DNA of 64,000 bases from Octopus vulgaris (Eukaryota), in the NCBI GenBank assembly GCA_951406725.2, contig OX597828.1:31372001-31436000 (forward strand), written 5' to 3'. The position numbers were made by a program, and so were the translations under genes. Shown piece by piece: positions 41,524 to 53,472 of this stretch (positions are counted from its first letter, which is position 1; every line of letters begins with the position of its first letter). Under the pieces are notes generated by a model. That model saw only the letters and a program-made list of their open reading frames with translations, had not been told where the DNA came from and did no database searches.

Positions 41524-41862
41524 TGAAGGAACATGGCTCAGTGGTTAGATCGTCGAGCTTACGATCATGAGGTTGTGAGCTCGAATCCCGGACCTGGCTG
41601 TATGTTGTATTCTTGAGCAAGACACTTTATTTCACGTTGCTACAGTTCACTCAGCTGTAGAAATGAGTTATGACGTCACAGGTGCCAAGCGGTATCGGCT
41701 GTTGCCTTTCCCTTGGATAAAACTGGTGTCGTGGATAGGGCAGGCCGGTATGCGTGGGCGACTGCTGGTCTTCCATAAACAAACAATCTTGCCCGAATTT
41801 GTGCGTAGGAGAGTAATTTTCTAGGTGCAATCTCATGGTCAGTCATGACCGAAGGGTGTCTC
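41524..41862 (+). mobile_element. tRNA-derived SINE family D (Meta-domain-like core)
   Basis: A box tggctcagtggttaga, B box gctcgaatccc, core ttcttgagcaagacactttatttcacgttgctacagttcactcagctgtagaaatgagt. Confidence 0.85.
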
Positions 41863-41914
<52 letters not shown>

Positions 41915-42159
41915 TCACATATATACCCGTTAGATTTTTGTCCTGTTTCCCGTTTGCGCTGCTTTGGTCTAACTCTTTCTACTTGTTTCTGTTCAACCCT
42001 TGATATATCCATGTAAATCAACGCACACCCTTTTTGTTTACTTTATTGTAAAAAAAAATTCCTGATTATTTAGTGTGACATTTAACTCTCTCTGCACTGA
42101 CTCTCTCTCTCTCTTTCTCCACTCTTACTCTCTCTGTCTCCCCGCCCTTGCTTGCCTTC

Positions 42160-42625
<466 letters not shown>

Positions 42626-43084
42626 TAAACCCAAGTATTTATAATTGCACTCTTGGCATGTAAATGAAAAAGCTGATTAGAAATATATGTGAACTTTAAA
42701 CCGCATGCAAAAGTAACGTAGCTTCTGCTATTTTCATTCATATGCTAAGTAAGGCAAATGTAGACCATTAGAAATACTTATTCTTATGTGTGTCATGATT
42801 TATGCTGTATGTGTATGAGTAATACATTCTGAAATCATAACGAGAAACAAACACATGACGAAATTCGTTCGTTAAATTTTGCAGTATTTTATGATGAAAA
42901 GCGGATTTGAGTAATTTTTTTTCTGAGTACTTATTTAAAACTAATTCCCTGAGTACTTTTCTGTTAAATATAGAAATTAATGTGTTCAAAGAAACCCATA
43001 GCATATGTCGTACATAAAAAATATCGTACATAAAGGAATATGAATTTACTTTTACTGTAACAACTAAATTTGTAACGTATTATT

Positions 43085-43292
43085 TACTTCTAATTTCGGC
43101 ACAATGCCAGCAGTTTTCGAGAAAGGTGGCTGAGTCGATGAAACTAAGTCCAGTGTTCAATATTCCCATCTTTCATCGATCTTGATTGGTTCAACGCTAA
43201 GTGGACTCCGGCGTAATTTAAACTGAGAACGAAAAAACGGACGAATTACCCCTAAGCATTTCACTCGGTGTGCTAACGATTCTGCCATTTCT
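43085..43292 (-). mobile_element. SINE family B (diverged)
   Basis: ggcgtaatttaaactgagaacg...taagcatttc...gtgtgctaacgattctgcca. Confidence 0.75.
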
Positions 43293-44274
43293 GTGCCTCA
43301 ATTTTTGACGTTATATTTATTATATTTTTGCAATGTATGTATATATTGATGTCTACACATATACATATATACATATGTGTACATTTGTGTATGCGTCTAT
43401 TTTTCTCCCAATCTACGTAACTATTCGTTTGACTTAATACACACTTACACTCAAATATACATAAGCACATACATACACATAAGCATGTGCATGTGTATGA
43501 GTCTGTGTCTCTGTGTAATTGCGTCTGTATGTGCGTGTGCTTATGTGTTTATACCCATAACGCTTTGCAATGAAAATTATACGAATATAAAAATAAATAA
43601 CAAGTCTCGTTACTGCAAAATACTTTCATGCTGGCATTAAATCAAACTCATTACATTTGTTTCTTTCAAATACTAGTATTTAGCTAGCATAACATTTTCC
43701 GTATAAGATCATCACCCATTTAATTAGTGCCAATTAAGTGACGTCACCTACCCTTTCGGCTCTTCAGTATTTCTTTAATCGGTATCTATTTCTGAATAGC
43801 TTCCGATTGTTTTATCAATATATTTGCCTCAAAATATCCAAGATAAATATAGTAGTTAAAATTCTATGCGAAATATAAAGAATTATAAGGATTAAACTAA
43901 TAAAAATATGAACTTGTACATTAGATTGAAACATTGGAGCATATATCTGCCGTTTATTCCGTATTACATCCTTTCTGTTGCATACTTTAATATAATTTCC
44001 AATGTTAAATTAAAAATGTATCGTAGTTTCACGTTGTAAAGCTTCATAGGGAGACAGTCGCATACCGCTGCCAAAATAGCATATTTATACGGGCTTAATT
44101 AGTTACTAACAAATCAATATTTAACAATGTCAAACTTTGAAACAACTCATTAACTAGTATGCCATTCTCCAGGAAATGTAGTTTATTTTGTATGTGTACC
44201 TATTACGTTTGCGTGTCTGTATACACATATGTGTTTGCGTTTGTGTGTGTGTGTGTGTGTTTTGTGAGTACGAT

Positions 44275-44430
44275 TAATGTGTGGATGTGCTGTAAGAAGT
44301 TAACTTCCTAATGAGATGTTTCCAATTTCAGGCGCACTACGTCGAACCTTGGGCACATGTTCTAAGCTTTCAGGTACGCCTAAGCCTTCTGAATGGATTT
44401 CGTAGATGAGAGCTAGATGAAGCCCGTTGC
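44275..44430 (+). mobile_element. SINE family A, old 5' fragment
   Basis: Diverged version of the adjacent copy (gtaagaag...accttgggca...aagcctt.tga.tggattt.gtaga...gaagcccgt). Confidence 0.7.
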
Positions 44431-44449
44431 ATATATACATACATACATA

Positions 44450-44979
<530 letters not shown>

Positions 44980-45069
44980 TGGCAGGGCTGGCCTGCTAGG
45001 TAGCCGGCCAGCTAGCCGGTTTTAAATTGATATTAATATTAATATTAATTTATCTCCCTCAATTTTTAA

Positions 45070-45127
<58 letters not shown>

Positions 45128-45374
45128 CAAAATGATGGATGCTGACATGGATGACTTTGATTATCACCTTGATCAAGGTGACCAAGGTGATAATAAAAAT
45201 GTATGTATATATATAATCAAAATAAGCAACAGGATATCCAGAGTATATCCTGTTGCTTATTTTGATTTTAATCAGCTTACTTTGAAACCGTATAGATAAT
45301 ACCGTATTAAATTCTGGTGCCTCAACTTAAATACCTAATTCATTTGAATCTAAATGTCTGCTATACATACATAC

Positions 45375-45424
<50 letters not shown>

Positions 45425-45427
<3 letters not shown>

Positions 45428-45534
45428 CTGCTCGCTTAGCCAGCGGGGTGGCATCGTTTGAAGGCTAAAACAATGCGAACGCATTGTGACCAGCGATGTG
45501 TAACAACATCTGATGGTCTGGTCGGTCACGTGAT

Positions 45535-45540
<6 letters not shown>
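45425..45540 (+). mobile_element. Isolated SINE 3' tail (same as the tail of the 51860 copy) within (TA)n
   Basis: ggcctgctcgcttagccagc.gggtggcatc...ggtctggtcggtcacgtgatcacgtga. Confidence 0.85.
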
Positions 45541-45577
<37 letters not shown>

Positions 45578-45677
45578 GGAGTAAGCGCATAAAAGTGAAA
45601 CAAGGTGGGGAAAAGTACTCAAATACCAGAGGTAGAGTAATATGATTTATTTAAAAGCAGCAGAAATATAGCAAAAG

Positions 45678-45715
45678 CTGTCACTTGGAGTTTCAAGTTC
45701 CTATTCGACGGACAG
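45678..45715 (-). ncRNA. Decayed second copy of the U4C hammerhead-like motif (see 45911-45948)
   Basis: Minus: CTGT CCGTCGA ATA GGAA CTT GAAA CTC C AAG TG ACAG. Confidence 0.5.
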
Positions 45716-45910
45716 TTTTATTAAAATGGATCGTAGTTCCATACTGCTCGTTGTAAAGATTCACAGGGACACAGTCGCATACCGATGCCAAAATATCTTT
45801 TTTATACGAGCTTAATTAGTAAAAAATCAAGATTTAACAATGGCAAACTTTGAAACAACTCACCAACTAGTATGCCATTCTCCATAAAATGCAATTTATT
45901 TTGTATGTTT

Positions 45911-45948
45911 CTGTCCGATGAAAGGAAACGTGAAAGTCTGAGTAACAG
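45911..45948 (+). ncRNA. Minimal type I hammerhead-like motif (U4C variant)
   Basis: CTGT CCGATGA AAG GAAA CGT GAAA GTC T GAG TA ACAG: stem I CTGT/ACAG, core, tetraloop stem II, GAAA, stem III, GUA site. Confidence 0.6.
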
Positions 45949-45984
45949 CTTGTTTTATTTTATTTATGCTTCTTTTAAATAAAG

Positions 45985-46015
<31 letters not shown>

Positions 46016-46188
46016 TTGTGTGTGTGTGTTTGTGTGTAATTCGAATGCACTTATTGATTTGTTTATTTTGTCGACTACATTATTGTGGGGTCAGTTTATT
46101 TGTTTAAAGGTTGTACTGGATAAACCAGGAGTCCTATGATCGATTGTTTCAACAATCTGAGTATGCCATGAGGTTTCTGACATTACAT

Positions 46189-46244
<56 letters not shown>

Positions 46245-46294
46245 CCTCTCTCTCTCTCTCTCTGTCTCTCTCTCTGTATATATATACATATAAA

Positions 46295-46690
46295 AAAATC
46301 TAATCCTCTTTGCTAGTTCCTCAACAGTCACGATAGGATTTTGTTACACCAGGATTTGCAGAACATCCTCGTCGAACTCTACGGAACTTCCGGGTAAGCC
46401 ACCTTTTCTAGGCTGTATATTCAGGGTCGAAATTTCTAGAAACACTGTTGACACGGGCTTACGCTTATTGTCCAAATCTCCTTATACTTCATAAATATAC
46501 CTCAACATTTCCGTTGCCTTGTTGCCCTTATTGAACTTATAAAACACAAGATGCGAATATGCTCACTTGTCCTTTTCATTATAACTTAGAAAAAATAACT
46601 GCTAATATCGAAATTCAGTCTTCAAACATTTTCACTGAGAATAACGACAATGTAAAATTACTACCTGATTGTGTAGCATGTTGATGCAGG
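46295..46690 (-). mobile_element. Mariner transposase N-terminal fragment
   Basis: MKRTSEHIR..YKFNKGNKATE ... NPIVTVEELAKR on the minus strand, with frameshifts. Confidence 0.75.
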
Positions 46691-46697
46691 TAGTTCA

Positions 46698-46930
46698 TAC
46701 CTATTTCTTTATTACCCACAGGGGGCTAAACACAGAGGGAACAAACAAGGACAGACATAGGTATTAAGTCGGTTACATCGACCCCAGTGCGTAACTGGTA
46801 CTTAATTTATCGACCCCGAAAGGATGAAAGGCAAAGTCGACCTCGGGGGAATTTGAACTCAGAACGTAGCGGCAGACGAAATACCGCTCAGCATTTCGTC
46901 CGGCGTGCTAACGTTTCTGCCAGCTACCGA
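46698..46930 (-). mobile_element. SINE family B, near full length
   Basis: cctatttctttattacccaca...ggtacttaatttatcgaccccgaaaggatgaaaggcaaagtcgacctcgg...cggcgtgctaacgtttctgccagct. Confidence 0.92.
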
Positions 46931-47044
46931 CTCCCTCCGACTTTATGTTCGTGCAATTGAAAATACCGCATTATTTATAGGATGACCAAATATATACAAT
47001 ATATATGTGTGTGTGCGTGTGTATCAGTGTTTGCGTGTTTATCT

Positions 47045-47238
47045 TTCTGTTTGTGTTTGTCTCCCTCCACCACCTGATAACCCTTTTGGTGTATGCGTAC
47101 GTCCTCGTAACTTAGTTGTTTCGCAATAGGTACTGATAGAATAATTATTAGGTTTAAAAATTCAAGTCCACAGATTGATTTATTCGACAAAAAATTCTTG
47201 AGGCTGGTTTCTACAACATGGCTGCAATCCAATGCCTG
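47045..47238 (+). mobile_element. SINE family A 3' part (host of the nested SINE)
   Basis: tgtttgtctccc...ggtgt...cgtcctcgtaacttag...gatagaataa...catggctgca.tc.aatg.ctg. Confidence 0.7.
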
Positions 47239-47551
47239 TGGAGGCACATAGCCTAGTGGTTAGAGCAGCGGACTCGCGGTCGAGAGATCGAGGGTTCGAA
47301 TCTCAGACCGGGCGATGTGTATGTTTATGAGCGAAATACCGAAGCTCCACGCGGCTCCGACAGAAGTTAATGACGAACTTCTGGTGACTCTTTCGCCACA
47401 ACTTTCTCTCACTCTTTCCTCCTGCATCTTGCAGCTTACCTGCGACGGATCGGCGTCCCGTCCAGGTGGGTAACCTATACGAAAAGAAACCGGGAAACCG
47501 GCTCTTATGAGCGAGGTATGGCTCGAGAAGGAAAAAACAAAAAAGAAAAAA
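47239..47551 (+). mobile_element. tRNA-derived SINE family C with 13-bp TSD
   Basis: tagcctagtggttagagcagcggactcgcggtcg...gggttcgaatctc; A-rich tail; TSD aatccaatgcctg at 47226-47238 and 47552-47564. Confidence 0.92.
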
Positions 47552-48662
47552 AATCCAATGCCTGAATCATCTAAAAGATAATATATGTGTGTGTGTGCAT
47601 GTCAGTGTATGTGTGTGCGTGTGTGTGTGTGTGTGTTTTCTGTACGATAGTCCGGACATATTTCTGTATATGCATATTAACGAGCAAAATATAGAAGTGC
47701 TTTAAGAATATTAATACGGATTAAACTAATGAAATATTTGCTACATTTTCAAAATATGCCACCTTAAAAATATCCTCTAAAACACATGCATATATCACTT
47801 ACGTATGTATACATGTGTATGTGTGTTTGTATGTTTGTGTGTCTGTATTATATATGAAAATGTATGTGTGCGTATGCGTGTGTGTGTGTGTCGGAATACT
47901 AGCTAAATAAATTTATGATCATCTGATATGCTACACATGTCATTTAATTTTAATACCATATAATACGTTGCCTTTGGAAAAATATAACTGTGTATACCGA
48001 TAATTAACAACGAAATTTCGAACGTATTATTTACATCTGAACCTCTATTTTCTTGATTAAGTCTAACATCAAAATGATACAAAATATCATGTTTTTTCAA
48101 ATCAGATATTTCTATAGCAACATTTACCTTATATACATCTTCAACAATGACATGAAAACCACGCTATTGTTATTAAGTAAATATTTAATACGAATACCAT
48201 GTTTCTCCCCGGGCACACTTCCTAACATGAAAAACATGAAACTTTGGATTTAAAATTTCTACACAGTATTTTATATAAACATATCTAAATATTTTTAGCG
48301 TAATCCTGGTTTTGATTTTAGATATTTTATTTGCAGTTCAATTACTACGTTGAAGAATATATATTTTCACAATATTCATGCTAATAATAAAACTAAGAAA
48401 ACCTCGTGATATATGTAGCGAAGAGTTTACATTCAAAATACTGTGTTGTAATCTACGACGCACATTTCCACAAATACAGTCACATTATGAAATCGGTGTG
48501 AATGTGTAGGGCGTATTTTCATTAGTGGAAAAGTAGATTGTTCCCAGTTTAAAATTGTGACAGAAACGACTGACTGTGATATTCTAGACTGGAAAAGTTT
48601 TGGTTGATTCTACATATTTTATTGCCACATGGCATTATTCGGTATTATATCCCTCCTCTTTC

Positions 48663-48737
<75 letters not shown>

Positions 48738-48739
<2 letters not shown>

Positions 48740-48949
48740 CGGGAAAGTTTATGAAAATAAACAAAAGACGAAGGCAGGTGGAGTACAAGCAAACAAATGT
48801 ATTAGTATAGCGCTCAGGAATAGAAATAGAAAAGTCTTTTACATTTCGAGCCTACGCTCATCGACAGAAAGATACACAGAAAAAAAAACAAGGAGAGAAA
48901 CAAGGAGAGAAAAAATACGTGTAGGAGCTAACGATCTATCATAGCGTCC

Positions 48950-48950
<1 letters not shown>
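48738..48950 (-). mobile_element. Short element in (TA)n/(GATA)n, same family as 21036-21212
   Basis: Sequence similarity to 21036-21212; bounded by GATA repeats on both sides. Confidence 0.8.
48835..48872 (-). ncRNA. Minimal type I hammerhead-like motif (A6U variant)
   Basis: Minus: TCTTT CTGTCGA T GAGC gtag GCTC GAAA TG TA AAAGA. Perfect 5-bp stem I, 4-bp stem II, GAAA, stem III ATGT (ACGT with CpG decay), GUA site. Confidence 0.65.
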
Positions 48951-49048
<98 letters not shown>

Positions 49049-49064
49049 GTAGACAGATAGATAT

Positions 49065-49205
49065 ACGATGGGCTCTTAACGGTTTCTGTCTACTAAATTT
49101 CAACTCAGGAGGGTTTGCTCGGCTCAGGACTATAGTGGAGGCCTTGGAAGGTGCTGCGCTGTAAGAATGAACGCAAGATCCCTATGTTTGGGAAGCAAGC
49201 TTCTT
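49065..49205 (-). mobile_element. SINE family A 5' part (diverged)
   Basis: cgatgggct...gtttctgtctac.aaat...ctatagt..a...aaggtgc.gcgc.gt...ggaagcaagcttcttacc. Confidence 0.7.
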
Positions 49206-49365
49206 ACCTTATATATTGCAATGAAAATAATTAATCAAAAGAAGTGTGGCATTTTTTATGTTGTCATTAAACAATGTTGTACACATTTCTTGCCAGTGAT
49301 GCTATTTCGTTTCCAGTACACATAAACATCGCTCTTTGAATAATATCCGTTTTGCTACGCATCCG

Positions 49366-51606
49366 TTCGAAAATTTTCAAAAAAAATTTTAACCAAAAAT
49401 TTTAACCAAAAATTTTTCGAAAATTTTCCATACATTGTGATTTTGGCACCGTTGAACTTGTGATCTTTCGAAAATTTTCACCGAAATTTTCTCCAAAAAT
49501 TTTTCAAAAAATTTTCACCGGAAATTTTCCTCGAAATTTCTACGAAAATTTTCACCGAAAATATTTTCCAAAAATTTTTCGAAAATTTTACCCAAAAATT
49601 TTTCGAAAATTTTCCCCAAAATTTTTTCGAAAATTTTCAGCGACAATAATCCCCCAAAATTTTTGAATAATTGACACCGAAAATTTTCCCCAAAAATTTT
49701 AATTAAAAATTTTTCGAAAATTATACCCAAAAATTTTTCGCAGAACTCTTTCGAAAATTTTACACAAAAATTGTTCGAAAATTTTACTCAAAAATATTTC
49801 GAAAATTTTACCCAAAAATTTTTCGAAAATTTTCAAAAAAAATTTTAACCAAAACTTTTTCGAAAATTTTCCATTCTTTGCGATTTTGGCGCCGCTGGCT
49901 TTCCATACTTTGTGATCTTGGCACCGCTGGCCTTCCATACATTGTGATTTTGGCACCGCTGGCCTTCCATACTTTGTGATTTTTCGAAAATTTTACGCAA
50001 AAGTTTTCCTAAAATTTTCAACAAAAATTTTACTCAAATTTTTCTAAAATTTTCACCGAAAATTTTCCCCAAGAATTTTCCGAAAATCTTCACCTAAAAT
50101 TTTCCCCAAACATTTTTCGAAAATTTTCACGGAAAATTTTCCCCAAAAGTTTATCACATATTTTCACCGAAAATTTTTCTAAAATTTTACCCAAAAAATT
50201 CTTCGAAAATTTTCACCGAAGATTTTACCCAAAATTCTTCGAAAATTTTCACTAAAAATTTTCACTGAAAATTTTCACGGAAAATTTTACCCAAAAATTT
50301 TTCGAAAATTTTCAACGAAAATTTCCCCCAAAAATTTTTAGACAATTTTCACCGAAAATTTTAACCAAGAATTTTCCAAAAATTTTTGGATAAAATTTTC
50401 TCGAAAAATTTTTCGAAAATTTTCAACAAATATTTTACCCAAAAATTCTTTTAAAATTTTACCCAAAAATTTTTCGAAAATTTTGAACGAAAATTTCCCC
50501 AAAAATTTTTAGACAATTTTCACCGAAAATTTTAACCAAAAATTTTCCAAAAATTTTTGGATAAAATTTTCCCGAAAAATTTTTCAAAAATTTTCAACAA
50601 AAATTTTACCCAAAAATTTTTGGAAAATTTTCAACAAAAATTTTAACCAAAAATTTTTCGAAAATTTTACCCAAAAATTTTCCCAAAATTTTTTTTTAAA
50701 TTTTACCCAAAAATTGTTCGAAAATTTTCACCAAAAATTTTTCGAAAATTTTCAACAAAAATTTAGCCAAAAATTTTCCGAAAATTTTACCCAAAAATTG
50801 TTCGAAAATTTTACCGAAAGATTTTCGAAGAATTTTTGGGTAAAATTTTCCAAAATTTTTGGATAAAATTTTCGGGGAAAATTTTCGAAAAATTTTACAG
50901 GAAAATTTTCACTGAAAATTTTACACAAAAATCTTTCGAAAATTTTACCTAAAAATTTTCACCAAAAAATTTTTAGAAAAGTTCCACCAAAAATTTTACC
51001 CAAAAATTTTCAGAAAATTTTCAACAAAAATTTTCCCGTAAAAGTTTTTGAAAATTTTTGAAAATTTTCCCCGACTATTTTTCCAAAATTTTCACCGAAA
51101 ATTTTACCCAAAAATTTTCCAAAAATTTTTCGAAAATTTAACCCAAAAATTTTTCGAAAATTTTCAACAAAAACTTGAACCAAAACTTTTTCGAAAATTT
51201 TCACCGAAAATTGTGCCAAAATCACAAAGTATGGAAGGCCAGCGGTGCCAAATTCACAAAGTATGGAAGGTCAGCGGTGCCAAAACCACAAAGTATGGAA
51301 AGCCAGCGGTGCCAAAATCACAAAGTGATTTTTCGAAATTTTCTACAAAACTTTTCCGAAAATTTTCCCTAAAAATTTATCGAAATTTTCACCAAAAATT
51401 TTCCCCAAAAATTTTCCCCAAAAATTTTTCGAAAATTTTCACAAAGTATTGAAGGCCAGCGGTGCCAAAATCACAAAGTATGGAAGACCAGCCGTGCCAA
51501 AATCACAAAATATGGAAAGCCAGCGGTGCCAAAATCACAAAGTATGGAAAGCCAGCGGTGCCAAAATCACAAAGTGATTATTCGAAAATTTTCCCCAAAA
51601 TTATTT
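49366..51606. repeat. Satellite of ~10-12-bp AAAATTTT units with embedded 32-bp subrepeats
   Basis: Continuous (c/cc/cg)aaaatttt units; 32-bp unit ttccatactttgtgattttggcaccgctggcc at 49869/49901/49933/49965, reverse complement at 51213/51245/51277/51309 and 51440-51577. Confidence 0.95.
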
Positions 51607-51758
51607 GGCAGGTGACTACAGTAAATGAATGCTAAAATTTTCTACTCCACTAGATAGATTCACCATTATTAAATACAGGAGCGAAACATGTTATGTTACA
51701 AAGGAGCTTGCGGATGTAAATACTTAACTAAATTAATGAAATAATTTTCCGGAAGATA

Positions 51759-51801
<43 letters not shown>

Positions 51802-51822
51802 CACCTCCACACACACACATAC

Positions 51823-51859
<37 letters not shown>

Positions 51860-51861
<2 letters not shown>

Positions 51862-52165
51862 AGGCGCAATGGCGCAGTGGTTAGGGCAGCGGACTCACGG
51901 TCGTAGCATCGCGGTTTTGATTCCCAGACCGGGCGTTGTGAGTGTTTATTGAGCAAAAACACCTAAAAGCTCCACGAGGCTCTGGCAGGGGGTGGTGATC
52001 TTTGCTGTACTCTTTCACCACAACTTTCTCTCACTCTTCCTTCTGTTGGCCTGCTCGCTTAGCCAGCAGGGTGGCATCATTCGAAGGCTAAAACAATGCG
52101 AAGCGCATAGTGACCAGCGATGTGTAGCAACATCTGATGGTCTGGTCGGTCACGTGATCACGTGA
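51860..52165 (+). mobile_element. tRNA-derived SINE family C (tail type 2)
   Basis: tggcgcagtggttagggcagcggactc...gattcccagaccgggcg...agctccacgaggct...actctttcaccacaactttctc + ggcctgctcgcttagcc tail. Confidence 0.92.
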
Positions 52166-52404
52166 CATATATAAGTGAGATGTTGGTAACAACCTTGAAG
52201 AATGCTGAGCGAAACCCATTGTCGTCCATAATTACAGGCTACACTACTTCGTCAACGGTATACATGCAAATAATACTGGATATTCACCAGGAATTCCTTA
52301 GTAACTACGGAGTGTGTATATAGAATTGACAGAAATAGGAATCAACGGCATTCTTCATTTTAAACACTCCAGTTGCTTCACGCATTCTCCCACTTACGAG
52401 ATGG

Positions 52405-52522
52405 TATCAAAACGTTCCGGACTAGTCTATACACACACACACGCGCATACACATATGTATATATATATACATATGTGTATGCGCGTGTGTGTGTGTATAG
52501 ACTAGTCCGGAACGTTTTGATA
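52405..52522. repeat. Perfect 118-bp palindrome centred on (TA)n
   Basis: tatcaaaacgttccggactagtctat(ac)6gcgcatacacatatgtatata|tatatacatatgtgtatgcgc(gt)6atagactagtccggaacgttttgata. Confidence 0.95.
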
Positions 52523-52639
52523 TCTATATGTATATATATATGTATATATGTATATATATACATATGTGTATGCATATAAACAATGTATACATATGTATAC
52601 ACATATGCATACACATATGTATATATATACATATATACA

Positions 52640-52723
<84 letters not shown>

Positions 52724-52966
52724 AAAAAGAAGTTTGAAATTTTACATATTTCGGTTCTTCTTGAAAAAAAAAAACCTTATCAATACTATTTTTAAATGAT
52801 AAGTGTAATACAAACTTCATAATTGTTTCTTGCTAGTCTCAACAGAGCCCACGTGTTTTTTGTGAGGGGGGCATAATAGCTGTCTTGTTTGTTGACTACA
52901 GTTGGGGAAATGACCAGTGACCGAATAGCAGTAGTATCAGTGACTGTGGGTCGTAGTAGTAGTAGT

Positions 52967-53001
<35 letters not shown>

Positions 53002-53065
53002 CATTTGTTTATAATTCTTTGTATCTCTCTCTGTTGCCAATGCAATCAAAGACTCTGGAATATAT

Positions 53066-53136
<71 letters not shown>

Positions 53137-53472
53137 CTTCAGGCCTACCAAAAACTTGTGAGTTGGTTTCGTATACAGAAACTAGAAGAAGGCTGTCGTA
53201 TATATATGTATATTTGTATATGTGTGTGTGTACGTATGTACCCCTTTCATCGCTTGACAACCGATGCAGCTGTGTTTACGTACCCGTTGCTTAACAGTTC
53301 GGCACAGATGCCAGTAGAATAAATACTGGTCTTACATAGAATGAATTCTGGGGTCGATTTGTTTCACTGAAAGCGATGCTCAATCATGGCCGCAGTCACA
53401 TGATTGAAATAAGTAAAACGCCAAAGAAACTGTGCCATTTTAGACTCAAGCAACGCCGGGTCGCTCTACTAG
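52426..53472 (+). mobile_element. Helitron-like non-autonomous insertion in the mariner
   Basis: Starts TCTATA (52426, or alternatively 52523); ends with hairpin gactc-aagcaacgcc-gggtc followed by CTAG at 53469-53472; mariner sequence resumes with ttatgtttaataaaaaataac. Confidence 0.55.
53130..53425 (+). mobile_element. SINE family A, 5'-truncated
   Basis: cttgtgagttggtttcgta.acagaaact.gaagaag...cgcttgacaaccgatgc...catggccgcagtca.atga.tgaaa. Confidence 0.85.

Larger units (their letters stand above)
45576..45985. mobile_element. Element with inverted hammerhead-bearing arms enclosing a copy of 44010-44195
   Basis: ~45640-45715 is inverted at 45911-45985; spacer 45721-45908 aligns with 44010-44195; flanked by (TA)n. 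Confidence 0.8.

Noticed and set aside
47239-47315. tRNA-like sequences (also 41530, 51865, 60225)
   Set aside because: They are SINE heads continuous with repeat bodies, tails and TSDs, not tRNA genes.
49460-51452. K/F/I-rich ORFs in the satellite
   Set aside because: By-products of the AAAATTTT repeat; frames are inconsistent.
49869-51577. 32-bp repeats as a CRISPR array
   Set aside because: Units are directly tandem without unique spacers, there are no cas genes, and the context is eukaryotic.
52741-52785. Minus TTGATAA-GGTT...AACC-GAAATATGTA hammerhead-like motif
   Set aside because: Two core mismatches, no stem I closure and a low-complexity stem.
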